Shown: positions 1-9,037, counted from the first letter of the stretch. The stretch: 64,000 bases of DNA from an uncultured virus (IMG/VR IMGVR_UViG_3300046170_000408) (IMGVR_UViG_3300046170_000408); one strand, 5' to 3'. Numbers and translations: made by a program. The notes: generated from the letters alone by a model not told the origin.

Positions 1-1
1 A

Positions 2-1174
2 AATGCAGATGAGAACGACGGTTCTTGTATTTACTGTGATACACCAGATGGTGAAGCACTTTGTAATGCATATCATAATGATGTAACTTATTGGGAATAT
101 TATTGTAATCTGTTTGATTGCTGTGTAGAAGAGACTATTGTCGATATAAGATTAGATTCTATTTGGGTAGAATATGCTAATTGTAATATCTATAATCAAA
201 TACCTGCTGGTTGTTCACCTGGTATTAGATACCATCAACATGCGACCAATATAGGCACCGATTCTATCTACAGTTATATTTGGGATTGGACTGGGCCCAA
301 TGGTTGGACTAATCAATCATTAGAATTCGGAGTTAACTTTCCTAATAACCCATTCTATGCCGTGGCCCTACCACCTGGCCAACAGACCAATACATTAAAT
401 TCATTTAATGGTGAATTAGTCTGGGAAGAGGGCGATGAATTATGTGTAACCGTCAGTGTACTCGGTGACCAAGTAGATGTAGATCTATCTAATAATACTG
501 CTTGTGTTACCCTACCAGCATATCCAGTTTGTATCTGGGGTTGCATGGACCCCTGTGCTGAAAACTATAACCCTGACGCAACTTGTGATAATGAGAATTG
601 TGAATATCCAGATCCTATTGTCGATACAGTTTATATTGAACTGCCAGGAGATACAGTCTTTATTGAGACGATTGATACGGTCTACGTAGAATTACCACAA
701 GATACCATTACGATAATTGAATATGTGCAGATTACTGACACTCTAGAAATCGAAGTCATTGAGTACATTTATCTAACTGATACTATTGTTGAAGTGCAAT
801 TCATTGATTGTAATACTGGTCTACCATGTGAAGATGAACCACCTGGTAATCCTACCGATGACGATTGTTGGCCATGGGCTGTTTATATTCCAAACACATT
901 TACGCCTAACAATGATGGATGGAATGATGCCTGGAAGATTATCCTAGATCTAGGCTGTTGGGTTGATATTGAATTTAGAATCTATAATCGTTGGGGCGGA
1001 TTGGTCTTCGAGGGTTATGGTGATAATTATGAGTCATATCCCTATTGGGATGGTAGTATGCAGGGTGGACCATCCTATGTCGCCGATGGAATCTACGTTT
1101 ATACATTTACAGCAAGGAGGTGGAACTCTCCTCAAGTCCATCAGAAAAATGGACATATAACTATATTTAGATAA
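2..1174 (+). CDS. 5'-partial secreted Cys-rich protein with C-terminal T9SS type-B sorting (gliding-motility-associated C-terminal) domain
   Basis: Frame is open from base 2, upstream of the track start at 362. C-terminus VYIPNTFTPNNDGWND...FRIYNRWGGLVF...WDG...GIYVY...GHITIFR is the type-B CTD signature; also GCMDPCAENYNPDATCD and DTVYxE repeats. Confidence 0.85.
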   Translation, partial: NADENDGSCIYCDTPDGEALCNAYHNDVTYWEYYCNLFDCCVEETIVDIRLDSIWVEYANCNIYNQIPAGCSPGIRYHQHATNIGTDSIYSYIWDWTGPNGWTNQSLEFGVNFPNNPFYAVALPPGQQTNTLNSFNGELVWEEGDELCVTVSVLGDQVDVDLSNNTACVTLPAYPVCIWGCMDPCAENYNPDATCDNENCEYPDPIVDTVYIELPGDTVFIETIDTVYVELPQDTITIIEYVQITDTLEIEVIEYIYLTDTIVEVQFIDCNTGLPCEDEPPGNPTDDDCWPWAVYIPNTFTPNNDGWNDAWKIILDLGCWVDIEFRIYNRWGGLVFEGYGDNYESYPYWDGSMQGGPSYVADGIYVYTFTARRWNSPQVHQKNGHITIFR

Positions 1175-1176
1175 CT

Positions 1177-1449
1177 ATGAAAAAACTATTTACATTTTTA
1201 TGCTGCGTAGCCTTAGCTGGCTGTGCTAACTATTCAGAAATTAAATCTCCACGCTACTTTAATACTGACGTGGATATTCTGGATTACTTTGCAAATCCTT
1301 ATGGTACAACGTGGACTATGAGAGCAAAACCTGGTGAGACAATGAGATTAGTGTTTAATTATGAGATAATTGATATTGATTTTAAACCAGATCCTGAACG
1401 ACCTGGTGAATATATCTTCATTGTAAAGAGTGAAGTACACGGACAGTAA
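1177..1449 (+). CDS. putative lipoprotein
   Basis: Signal peptide MKKLFTFLCCVALAGC ending in lipobox LAGC. Confidence 0.7.
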   Translation: MKKLFTFLCCVALAGCANYSEIKSPRYFNTDVDILDYFANPYGTTWTMRAKPGETMRLVFNYEIIDIDFKPDPERPGEYIFIVKSEVHGQ

Positions 1450-1456
1450 ACATAAT

Positions 1457-1489
1457 AAAGCCTCGGGGTCCTAGAATCCCGAGGCTTTT
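1457..1489. terminator. bidirectional intrinsic terminator
   Basis: AAAGCCTCGGG-loop-CCCGAGGCTTTT between convergent genes. Confidence 0.85.
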
Positions 1490-1512
1490 CTTTTACACCA
1501 AATTGAATTAGT

Positions 1513-1929
1513 TTAGAACTTTAAACCAAATCCAATTTGAAGGTTAGTAGTCTCAGCTCCTAAGTCGTAAACAACTTTTGGATCTAGGTACATTGCACCT
1601 TTATGAAACTCAAACATTTTACCTACACCTAATGATGCTTGATCGAAATCAAAATCATTTAGGCCTACGTAACCGAAGAAACCTTTGTAGAAGTATCTAC
1701 CTTCTAAACCAAGATTCATATCTTCAGTCGAGTCTGCTTGTGATAAACTCATGCCGATCATATAATTGTCAGCAAATGCATATCCGATTGTTGGTTGGAT
1801 TGATAATTCAGTCCAAGCCGTGTTAGTAATATCGCCAGTACCAACGTACCAGTCTCCCTTCGCGTTTTGCGCGTTCGCACCTAATACTGTGAATACAGAA
1901 AGTGCCATTGTTAAAATAAAATTTCTCAT
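1513..1929 (-). CDS. small outer-membrane beta-barrel protein, Bacteroidota type
   Basis: Signal peptide ending ANA|Q, alternating beta strands, C-terminal beta-signal QIGFGLKF. Confidence 0.8.
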   Translation of the reverse strand: MRNFILTMALSVFTVLGANAQNAKGDWYVGTGDITNTAWTELSIQPTIGYAFADNYMIGMSLSQADSTEDMNLGLEGRYFYKGFFGYVGLNDFDFDQASLGVGKMFEFHKGAMYLDPKVVYDLGAETTNLQIGFGLKF

Positions 1930-1962
1930 AATAATTAATTTGGTTTGTAAAAAAACTTCTAT

Positions 1963-2061
1963 TCAGTCTGCTATTTGCAGTTCTCTAGGATTAGTTATAG
2001 AAGTAGCTGCCATAAGATTAGCGGCAGTGTTTGTTAATGTCTTTGAGTTAATATCTCTCAT
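1963..2061 (-). CDS. possible 32-aa upstream ORF / leader peptide
   Basis: MRDINSKTLTNTAANLMAATSITNPRELQIAD lies between the promoter at 2080-2107 and the OMP gene. Confidence 0.3.
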   Translation of the reverse strand: MRDINSKTLTNTAANLMAATSITNPRELQIAD

Positions 2062-2079
2062 CTTTTGCTTTGTGGAGTA

Positions 2080-2107
2080 TTATAGTTAAAACTAGTGTTT
2101 TGTTCCA
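2080..2107 (-). promoter_or_regulatory. middle-type promoter variant (GGAAC-N17-TATAA)
   Basis: Matches the recurrent GAAAC-N17/18-TATAA motif. Confidence 0.55.
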
Positions 2108-2144
2108 AAAAAATATGACAAATATTGAACAAAATATATAATAT

Positions 2145-2513
2145 ATGAAGCTAATCGATCTAGACTGGTACTCACGACCTCCAATTGACTTTGAACACAA
2201 GCAATATCTACTCTACGCATATATGTCAAGAGTTGACCAGACCTATCTAGAACAGAAGGTATCTCCACATCTATTACATCTTGAGAGAATGAAGGAAGAG
2301 ATGGATTACTTTATCTCAAAGTGGATTATTATGCAAAAAGTCTTTGATAAAAATAGATACGCTTGGTTTGATAATCCAAAATTAGAAGGGGAAGATAATA
2401 TAGAGTTATCTAAGATAGTAGAAATTGTAGACTATGCTAGTCCGATTGTAGATGCTAAAATTAGACAGGGTTATCTCCTATTTGAAAAGTACCCTAGACA
2501 ACTTTTATATTAA
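2145..2513 (+). CDS. hypothetical protein
   Basis: 122-aa ORF preceded by AATATATATAAT (late-like promoter variant). Confidence 0.7.
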   Translation: MKLIDLDWYSRPPIDFEHKQYLLYAYMSRVDQTYLEQKVSPHLLHLERMKEEMDYFISKWIIMQKVFDKNRYAWFDNPKLEGEDNIELSKIVEIVDYASPIVDAKIRQGYLLFEKYPRQLLY

Positions 2514-3095
2514 ATTATTAGCATAGTTAATACTTAAAACTAAAGCATTAATTAAGATCTTCATACCGATAGCAATTAGAATAATACCAAAAACTCTTTC
2601 CATAATTGTTAGTCCTATTTTACCTAATTTTCTTTGAATGAAATCTGCTGATTTTAAAAAGACAAAGATTGCAATTGAATTTAAGACAATTCCAACTAGA
2701 ATTACTGCTGTAGAAAAATCTTGATTTAGAGATATAATAGTTGATAATGTACCTGGACCTGCAATAATTGGAAATGCAATAGGGAAGATTGAAGGTGGCA
2801 TTGGCTCACTAGAACCTTCTGACTCAATACCTAAAACCATTCGTACACCAAAATATAGAAGTAACATTGCACCTGCCAATGCAAAGTGAAATACTTGTAG
2901 TCCTAGTAATTTAAAGATAATATCTCCGATAAAGAGTATTGACACCATGATAACTGTGGCTACAATTGTAGACTTTGCAGTTTCTATCTCGCCATTCTCT
3001 TTTCTAAGACGAATAACCAAAGGAACATTACCTGGCATATCAATGACTGCAAAGATAGTCAAAAACACCGTTAAGACGTTTAGCACAAATTCCAT
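2505..3095 (-). CDS. marC: MarC-family membrane protein
   Basis: About six hydrophobic segments; motifs DMPGN and PIAFPIIAGPG, ERVFGIIL. Confidence 0.85.
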   Translation of the reverse strand: MEFVLNVLTVFLTIFAVIDMPGNVPLVIRLRKENGEIETAKSTIVATVIMVSILFIGDIIFKLLGLQVFHFALAGAMLLLYFGVRMVLGIESEGSSEPMPPSIFPIAFPIIAGPGTLSTIISLNQDFSTAVILVGIVLNSIAIFVFLKSADFIQRKLGKIGLTIMERVFGIILIAIGMKILINALVLSINYANNLI

Positions 3096-3110
3096 GAAAA
3101 TTTAAGTTTA

Positions 3111-3251
3111 TTATACGTTTCTCCATCTACGTTTATCTGACCATTTTACTTTCATGGTCTGACCTAACATAGCTAATCGGCTTACTTTCTGATTGAAAGC
3201 GTTTCTGTCTTGATTTAACTGAGTGTTGCCGTTTTGTTGTTCGTTATTCAT
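3111..3251 (-). CDS. 46-aa hypothetical protein (below track cutoff)
   Basis: MNNEQQNGNTQLNQDRNAFNQKVSRLAMLGQTMKVKWSDKRRWRNV fills the gap and overlaps the upstream stop. Confidence 0.55.
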   Translation of the reverse strand: MNNEQQNGNTQLNQDRNAFNQKVSRLAMLGQTMKVKWSDKRRWRNV

Positions 3252-3651
3252 TACTAATTCTTTTTCTTAATTCTGTTGAAGACCAATTATGATCTCGACT
3301 ATTATATATTATTTTTATTCCTCTATTTAGACAAATATCTTTAGCTGTAAAATGTTTGCTTTCATATTCTATACCAATAAATCTATAATCTAATTTAAAA
3401 GACATAAAAATCTCTTCTAAATCATGTTCAGTTGTATAAGGTACTATCTTATCAACATACTTACAAGCTTCTACTTGAACATATCTTTCTACAATAGATT
3501 GAATAGGTTTATTCTTCTCTGGTCGATCGATTGTAGGATCTGTTTGTAGTGCAACAATTAGATAGTCACAATGTTGTTTTGCCTCTTCTAACATTTTAAC
3601 ATGACCTGCGTGAAATAGGTCAAATGAAGAACATGTAATTCCTATTCTCAT
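3244..3651 (-). CDS. cytidylyltransferase, glycerol-3-phosphate CTase (TagD)-like
   Basis: FDLFHAGH (HxGH) and C-terminal RDHNWSSTELR motifs. Confidence 0.9.
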   Translation of the reverse strand: MRIGITCSSFDLFHAGHVKMLEEAKQHCDYLIVALQTDPTIDRPEKNKPIQSIVERYVQVEACKYVDKIVPYTTEHDLEEIFMSFKLDYRFIGIEYESKHFTAKDICLNRGIKIIYNSRDHNWSSTELRKRISNE

Positions 3652-3977
3652 TTCTTTTTCTTTTGAAATAGTGGTATTGTAATTGTAAATATAGCCCCAC
3701 CCATCGAAGTAGCTAGAACATCTCTACTTTCTACTGTTCCTCCAGTTCTATTATCATATAGTTCTTTTAATATGCCAGCGGAAACTGAAGCAGCCATGGC
3801 TGTTATTTGTGCTCTTGTTTTATTACCATGTTTTTTATATGACCAATGATAACCTAAGGCTCCTACTGCAATACCTGCTGCAAAATGTGCCTGTTTATCT
3901 TTTTCTTGTAAAATAAAATTTTGTCCAACCATGTTTGTCGTTAACATAAACGCAATAATAAGTAAGAGTTTTCTCAT
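3648..3977 (-). CDS. YfiM/DUF2279-like membrane protein
   Basis: DKQAHF...AGILKELYD...DVLATSMG pattern. Confidence 0.6.
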   Translation of the reverse strand: MRKLLLIIAFMLTTNMVGQNFILQEKDKQAHFAAGIAVGALGYHWSYKKHGNKTRAQITAMAASVSAGILKELYDNRTGGTVESRDVLATSMGGAIFTITIPLFQKKKK

Positions 3978-5119
3978 AGTTTAATTGTATTGCTGATAGT
4001 ATCTGCTATATTTTTAAAGTATTCTTTGTCATCTCCATACTTAGTAACCATCGCTGCAGTACCTATTCTAATACCAGATGTTTCCCATACTCCTCTTGGA
4101 TCGTTAGGAATTGAGTTTTTATTTACTACTATATTATGCTCAGCTTCTAATCTATCTGCAACTTCAGCTCCTGATTTATTTCCAGTGTGAATTAAAATAA
4201 TATGCGAGTCTGTTCCTCCTGTTGTCAGCTTAATACCATTTTGTTTGAAGGTCTGACACATTAATTCAGCCATTTCAACTACTTGTTTTGAATACTCTTT
4301 AAATTCAGGTGCAGATGCTTCATGGTATGATTGTGTTTTACCAGCAACTTGATTCATCAGAGGTCCACCTTGCGTTCCTGGGAAAACACCTGAGTTAATT
4401 TTCTTAGTGTAGTCTTCATTGTTCCAAAGAATCATTCCACCTCTAGCTCCTCTTAGAGTTTTATGAGTAGTAGAAGTAACGAAATCCGCATGTGGTAGAG
4501 GTGACTCGTAAACACCACCTGCAATTAGACCACTATAGTGAGCCATATCTACTAGAAGTAAAGCACCAACTGAGTCTGCTATCTTTCTGAATTTTAAGAA
4601 ATCAATTTGACGAGGATATGCAGATGCTCCAGCGATAATCATCTTAGGTTTTAGATTATGTGCTTTCGCTGAAATTTCACCGTAGTCTAACCAACCATCT
4701 TCATCGACTCCATAGAAATGATTGTCAAACCATTTTCCACTTAGATTAGCTGGTGAACCATGAGATAGGTGACCACCTGCCGAAAGGTCCATACCTAAAA
4801 TAGTATCTCCTGGTTTAAGAAATGCTTTAAAAATTGCTAAGTTAGCATTAGCTCCACTATGAGGTTGTATATTTGCAAAATTACAGTCATATAGTTTAGT
4901 AACTAATTCAATACCATAATTCTCTAACTCATCATAGTTACCACAACCATTATAGTATCTCTTACCTGGAAAACCTTCAGCATATTTATTAGTAAATACA
5001 GATCCACAGAAATATCTTACATCTTCTGATGCAAAGTTTTCAGAAGCAATAAAATTATGTTCTTCTATCTGTCTAGTTTCTTCTTCTCTTAGAATATTAA
5101 GTATTTTATCGTTTATCAT
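3974..5119 (-). CDS. glyA: serine hydroxymethyltransferase
   Basis: IASEN, NKYAEGFPGKRYY, GGHLSHG, TSTTHKTLRG (PLP lysine), FPGTQGGP. Confidence 0.97.
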   Translation of the reverse strand: MINDKILNILREEETRQIEEHNFIASENFASEDVRYFCGSVFTNKYAEGFPGKRYYNGCGNYDELENYGIELVTKLYDCNFANIQPHSGANANLAIFKAFLKPGDTILGMDLSAGGHLSHGSPANLSGKWFDNHFYGVDEDGWLDYGEISAKAHNLKPKMIIAGASAYPRQIDFLKFRKIADSVGALLLVDMAHYSGLIAGGVYESPLPHADFVTSTTHKTLRGARGGMILWNNEDYTKKINSGVFPGTQGGPLMNQVAGKTQSYHEASAPEFKEYSKQVVEMAELMCQTFKQNGIKLTTGGTDSHIILIHTGNKSGAEVADRLEAEHNIVVNKNSIPNDPRGVWETSGIRIGTAAMVTKYGDDKEYFKNIADTISNTIKL

Positions 5120-5361
5120 CTATTTGCTCTCTGATTTTTTGATTTGAATCTATCTCCAGGACTTGTCTTCCCATGTTTTGTTTTTCTACCCTTAACACGT
5201 TCTCTCCACATTTTAAATGAAGACTCTTTCATATTCGCCCTCATTATTTTTCTAACATCATTCTCTTTAAGGCCAAACTGAAACTCGATGGCCTCAAATG
5301 GGGTTCGATCTTCCCATGCCATCTCGATAATTCTATCGATGTCTCTATCAGTCAGTTTCAC
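5116..5361 (-). CDS. DUF2805 / TIGR03643-like protein
   Basis: IDRIIEMAWEDRTPFEAI...SFKMWRERV...RKTKH. Confidence 0.8.
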   Translation of the reverse strand: MKLTDRDIDRIIEMAWEDRTPFEAIEFQFGLKENDVRKIMRANMKESSFKMWRERVKGRKTKHGKTSPGDRFKSKNQRANR

Positions 5362-5365
5362 TAAT

Positions 5366-6265
5366 TTATTTATCTAGTTTTCTACTAGCTATCCATTCAA
5401 TTAATCTATCCTTAGGCCTTATACCTAACTCTTTATTAGTATTATTGTCTATATGTGCGCTTTCGTTTCTCTCACCAGGTCTTTCTGGGATGAATTCCCA
5501 TTCACCAAATTGTTCAGCAACCTCAATAATAGTTCTACTAGTCCCCGATCTTAAATACCATTCACCATTACCTTTTTTATATTCTGATGACTTAATTACA
5601 CCATCAATAATATCATCAATATGAGTAAAGTCTCTAGTCTGAATACCTGGTTTTACCACTGTACATTTCTCACCTGCTAAATATTGTCTTTCAAAAATAC
5701 CTACAACTGTTGCATAGTCACCTGACATAATTTGACCAGGTCCATATACATTAAAGAAATAGTTAATTTGATATTCTAATCCATACCAATCAGCATAGTT
5801 CTTAATTAGTTCTACCATCTTGGCTTTCATCCAAGCATAAGGAGATAGGTTTTCATCTTGGCCATCGTTACCTAATTTAGAAGATGACGCAGAGTAAATT
5901 AATTTTGCATTCCACTCTCTACATAGTTCTAAAATTCTTGGAGTACCTCCTAAGATAGAATCCGTAACCATTTGAATATCATCGAATGACTGAGCGACTC
6001 TACTATATTCACCGAGATGATAAACTGTATCAAAACTATACTTGGCTAGTAGAGTATGGGAGTTCATTGTATGGCCGTAGATATACTTAACTCCTGGTAT
6101 ATGGTTATCTCTACTTCCAGTAAAATAGTTATCTAGCGATACGATATATGCTTCTGGATAATCCTTACTAAGTCTTTTAATTAGATTAGAACCAACAAAA
6201 CCAGCTCCACCAGTAACTAAAATTGATCTATTTGTTTCTACTGTCTGGGACTTGTTGTGGCGCAT
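5366..6265 (-). CDS. NAD-dependent nucleotide-sugar epimerase/dehydratase
   Basis: ILVTGGAGFVGS, SPYAWMK (YxxxK), FNVYGP, RDFTHIDD; true start may be slightly downstream. Confidence 0.92.
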   Translation of the reverse strand: MRHNKSQTVETNRSILVTGGAGFVGSNLIKRLSKDYPEAYIVSLDNYFTGSRDNHIPGVKYIYGHTMNSHTLLAKYSFDTVYHLGEYSRVAQSFDDIQMVTDSILGGTPRILELCREWNAKLIYSASSSKLGNDGQDENLSPYAWMKAKMVELIKNYADWYGLEYQINYFFNVYGPGQIMSGDYATVVGIFERQYLAGEKCTVVKPGIQTRDFTHIDDIIDGVIKSSEYKKGNGEWYLRSGTSRTIIEVAEQFGEWEFIPERPGERNESAHIDNNTNKELGIRPKDRLIEWIASRKLDK

Positions 6266-6953
6266 GTGAACTTACTTTATTTGAAGAACCATCTTGATTA
6301 AACCAATCTTTCTTGGTTGCGATAGCATTAATTGTTTTAACAGGGTACATTTCATTTAAATCTGCTCTAGAATGTTGCATATAGGTTGCCATAATAAATT
6401 CATCATTAATAAATAAATTATCTTCTAATTTGTAATCAACTAGCTTTTGTGCACCTAATTTTGTTAATATGTATGCTTGCATATTATAGTGCTTAGATGG
6501 AATACAGAAAGTATCATCTATTGAAATATCATTTTCAGGCTTAAAAACCCATCTACCTAATGTAAGATAATCCCAAGTAAATGGCCAATCACCATTAGCA
6601 TTAGGTTCAGGTAAATCTAACATTCTTTTTTCTGGTAAGAAGTCTTCTTCTAAAATAAGGACTACTTCTTCATCGCCTTCTGCTACGCGTTTCCATGCGT
6701 TAATATGACTTATGGTACATCCGATTTCACCAGGTTGGACTGGTAATTTCCAAAAAGGATTTTTGGTATCTAATTTCCAACCATCATAAATAGTAACCCA
6801 ATCAGGAACTGGTTCATTCCAACCATCGTGGCCAAATAGAATTTCAAATCCAGTTGTCCCTTCAAATTCAGCTTCCTTTAATCTTATTTTAATATCATTA
6901 ACTCTATCCTGATCTGGATTTAATGCTAAAACGTAAATCTTATCAATTTTCAT
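6228..6953 (-). CDS. glycosyltransferase family 25
   Basis: KIYVLAL, GEIGCTISH, LILEED, AYILTKLGAQKL motifs. Confidence 0.85.
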   Translation of the reverse strand: MKIDKIYVLALNPDQDRVNDIKIRLKEAEFEGTTGFEILFGHDGWNEPVPDWVTIYDGWKLDTKNPFWKLPVQPGEIGCTISHINAWKRVAEGDEEVVLILEEDFLPEKRMLDLPEPNANGDWPFTWDYLTLGRWVFKPENDISIDDTFCIPSKHYNMQAYILTKLGAQKLVDYKLEDNLFINDEFIMATYMQHSRADLNEMYPVKTINAIATKKDWFNQDGSSNKVSSHAPQQVPDSRNK

Positions 6954-6956
6954 TTA

Positions 6957-7487
6957 TTACTTATCGATTTTTTTAGGTTCTTCTAAATCTTTACCTCCAA
7001 CTTCTTTTGGATCTTGCATCCAGGCAATATACTGGTCGATCATTCTAGATAAAGCTTCTGGTTTATCATCTTTCTTAAACTTCACTTTAATTGAAGCCAT
7101 ACCGTTTGATCCAGGAGGATTATGTTTACATGGAGCGCCGTGGTCTACTTGAATAGACGCTAGATTATGTTCGTAGTTTTTCTTTCTAAATAGACCTAGT
7201 AGATCTTTCTTTATATTACTAACTTCTTTTGGATCGTCACCAAAATGCAGTCTTGCTGCAAATTCAATTTCTAATTCTTTAAGGCCGACCGAGCCATGGT
7301 CAGCAAGAATAAAGAGAGGAACAACCATCTCTTTTTCACCAACTTTAAATGTTTTTGTAATAGGACTTCCATCCTCATTGAAGTAGTTACGAATTGCATT
7401 GATATGTTGTCTCTCAGAAATACCTTGAGAAACCATAGCCGCTTCTAAGAGGCCACCAATTAATTCTTCGACATTTAATCTTGCCAT
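6957..7487 (-). CDS. DUF2589-family protein (second paralog)
   Basis: N-terminal VEELIGGLLEAA helix, VPLFIL, LKELEIEF, C-terminal PEALSRMID pattern shared with the adjacent ORF. Confidence 0.7.
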   Translation of the reverse strand: MARLNVEELIGGLLEAAMVSQGISERQHINAIRNYFNEDGSPITKTFKVGEKEMVVPLFILADHGSVGLKELEIEFAARLHFGDDPKEVSNIKKDLLGLFRKKNYEHNLASIQVDHGAPCKHNPPGSNGMASIKVKFKKDDKPEALSRMIDQYIAWMQDPKEVGGKDLEEPKKIDK

Positions 7488-7510
7488 GTTTATCTAACTT
7501 AAGTTGATAT

Positions 7511-7538
7511 TTATACTTTATATTTTAAAATAGTTTCA
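7511..7538 (-). promoter_or_regulatory. middle-type promoter (TGAAAC-N17-TATAA)
   Basis: Recurrent motif. Confidence 0.65.
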
Positions 7539-7542
7539 TTAC

Positions 7543-7568
7543 AAAAAAAGCCCTCATCGAGGGCTTTT
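7543..7568 (-). terminator. intrinsic terminator
   Basis: AAAAGCCCTC-loop-GAGGGCTTTT hairpin with a T-run on the minus strand. Confidence 0.8.
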
Positions 7569-7591
7569 AAATGCTTTTTGTTAACTCACCA

Positions 7592-8188
7592 TTACTTTGC
7601 TGCTGGAGCTACTGGAGACTTCTCAGTTGGTTGAACTGGAGTAGGATCCATCATTGATACTAATGCATCAGATAATTTCAACATGCCTTCAGTTGGCTCT
7701 AATTGCTGTGCATGAACTTTTACGTTATACTTTGCAGAATTGTCAGTCTTTCTAGTATTCTCTTTTGAAGAAGATACTTTACCAGACATTGACGCTTTGA
7801 ATTTCATACCGAACCATCCACCTGATGCAGATGCAGACATAGAAGCTGAAGAGCTTGATTTATCTGTTGCTACGTCAGAAGTTTGAACTTCCATATTAAA
7901 CTCAATATCTGCACTTTGTACAGCTAAAGATGGTAGAGGAACTAACGGTAACATAGGTACTTTTGCAAAGTGTTCAGCCCAAGTCTGTTCACCAGTATCT
8001 GGGTTGGTTACAACTTTATTGATTTGTACATCTAACGCTCTAGTCTTTCCATCGATAAAAGCTACTTCGTTAATATACTGCCAAGTTACCTCGTTTAATT
8101 TTGCTTGACCCTTTGCCATTCCGACTAGAGGTGAAACGATTAGATCTTCGATTGGAAGACCTCTGAATTGATCTGCTATTCCTGCCAT
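7592..8188 (-). CDS. DUF2589-family protein
   Basis: QFRGLPIEDLIVSPL...VPMLPLVPLPSL...IEFNMEV...TRKTDNSAKY...PTEGMLKL. Confidence 0.8.
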   Translation of the reverse strand: MAGIADQFRGLPIEDLIVSPLVGMAKGQAKLNEVTWQYINEVAFIDGKTRALDVQINKVVTNPDTGEQTWAEHFAKVPMLPLVPLPSLAVQSADIEFNMEVQTSDVATDKSSSSASMSASASGGWFGMKFKASMSGKVSSSKENTRKTDNSAKYNVKVHAQQLEPTEGMLKLSDALVSMMDPTPVQPTEKSPVAPAAK

Positions 8189-8217
8189 TTTTGTTGAATT
8201 TGTTTAAGTTATACAGT

Positions 8218-8226
8218 TTATATATC
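8218..8226 (-). promoter_or_regulatory. late-type promoter GATATATAA
   Basis: Same motif precedes most virion genes. Confidence 0.65.
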
Positions 8227-8252
8227 TCTGCTAATATAGAAATATATTACTC

Positions 8253-8477
8253 TTATATTAGCTTTTGCTTGTTCTCTCCGAACGTAGCAATACCACTATA
8301 TTCGTCTTTAATTTTCTTAATATTATTAATTGCCTTAGTTACTTCTTTCTGCATCTCTTCTGGAACTTCAAAGTTCATAACTGACTGACACGTCGGACAT
8401 TGACAAATAGGATTTTGCATTAACCATTGTAAGTCAACATGTAAAGGTGTTCTGCAAACTGGGCAAGGTAGTGGCAT
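8253..8477 (-). CDS. zinc-ribbon protein
   Basis: CPVC...CPTC. Confidence 0.7.
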   Translation of the reverse strand: MPLPCPVCRTPLHVDLQWLMQNPICQCPTCQSVMNFEVPEEMQKEVTKAINNIKKIKDEYSGIATFGENKQKLI

Positions 8478-8478
8478 A

Positions 8479-8726
8479 TTATTTCCAGGGTAGCATTGTT
8501 ATGCCTATTTTATTAAATATAAATTCAAAGATAATTACGAAAAGAATTCCAGCCTACTATTTGCCAAGCCCAGAACTTCCAGCCAGTTAAGCCCGTCTTG
8601 CCATTTACGAAATCTAGACTCTTTAGCCTTTTCATAAAGACCTAACTTAGTATTGATTTTATTTGCCCACCAACCTATATCGAATAGATTGCCAAAAGTT
8701 ATTAGTATTTTTCTCAGTAGTTTCAT
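8479..8726 (-). CDS. small membrane protein with two apparent +1 indels
   Basis: Removing one G at ~8593 and one at ~8553 gives ...WQDGLTGWKFWAWQIVAGILFVIIFEFIFNKIGITMLPWK*, ending just before the next start. Confidence 0.55.
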
Positions 8727-8874
8727 GGCCTATATTAGTAGTTTCTTTAATGTACTTTTCTTTATTTTCTGATTCCCACCACTCATCAATATGTTTATCG
8801 AAGTGCCATCTGTAATCTAAGCCTGTACAGAACTCTTCTTCACACCTACTACATTTAATAATGGGTTTGCACAT
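8659..8874 (-). CDS. small protein with C2H2 zinc-finger pattern
   Basis: CSRC-EEEFCTGLDYRW-HFDKH = C-x2-C-x12-H-x3-H. Confidence 0.6.
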   Translation of the reverse strand: MCKPIIKCSRCEEEFCTGLDYRWHFDKHIDEWWESENKEKYIKETTNIGHETTEKNTNNFWQSIRYRLVGK

Positions 8875-9026
8875 TATATTCCTTGTACGATTGCATTGTA
8901 GATTACCAATCCAACAACCATAGCAATAACTGCTATCATAGAAATACCTGCTAAGGTCTCACTAGTTTCTACTTGTCTTCTTGATCTACCTTGCCAATCT
9001 TCTCGGTTCCAGTTTTTATCTTCCAT
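8874..9026 (-). CDS. small single-pass membrane protein
   Basis: Likely start MEDKNW; C-terminal hydrophobic helix. Confidence 0.6.
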   Translation of the reverse strand: MEDKNWNREDWQGRSRRQVETSETLAGISMIAVIAMVVGLVIYNAIVQGI

Positions 9027-9037
9027 ATTAATTATAG

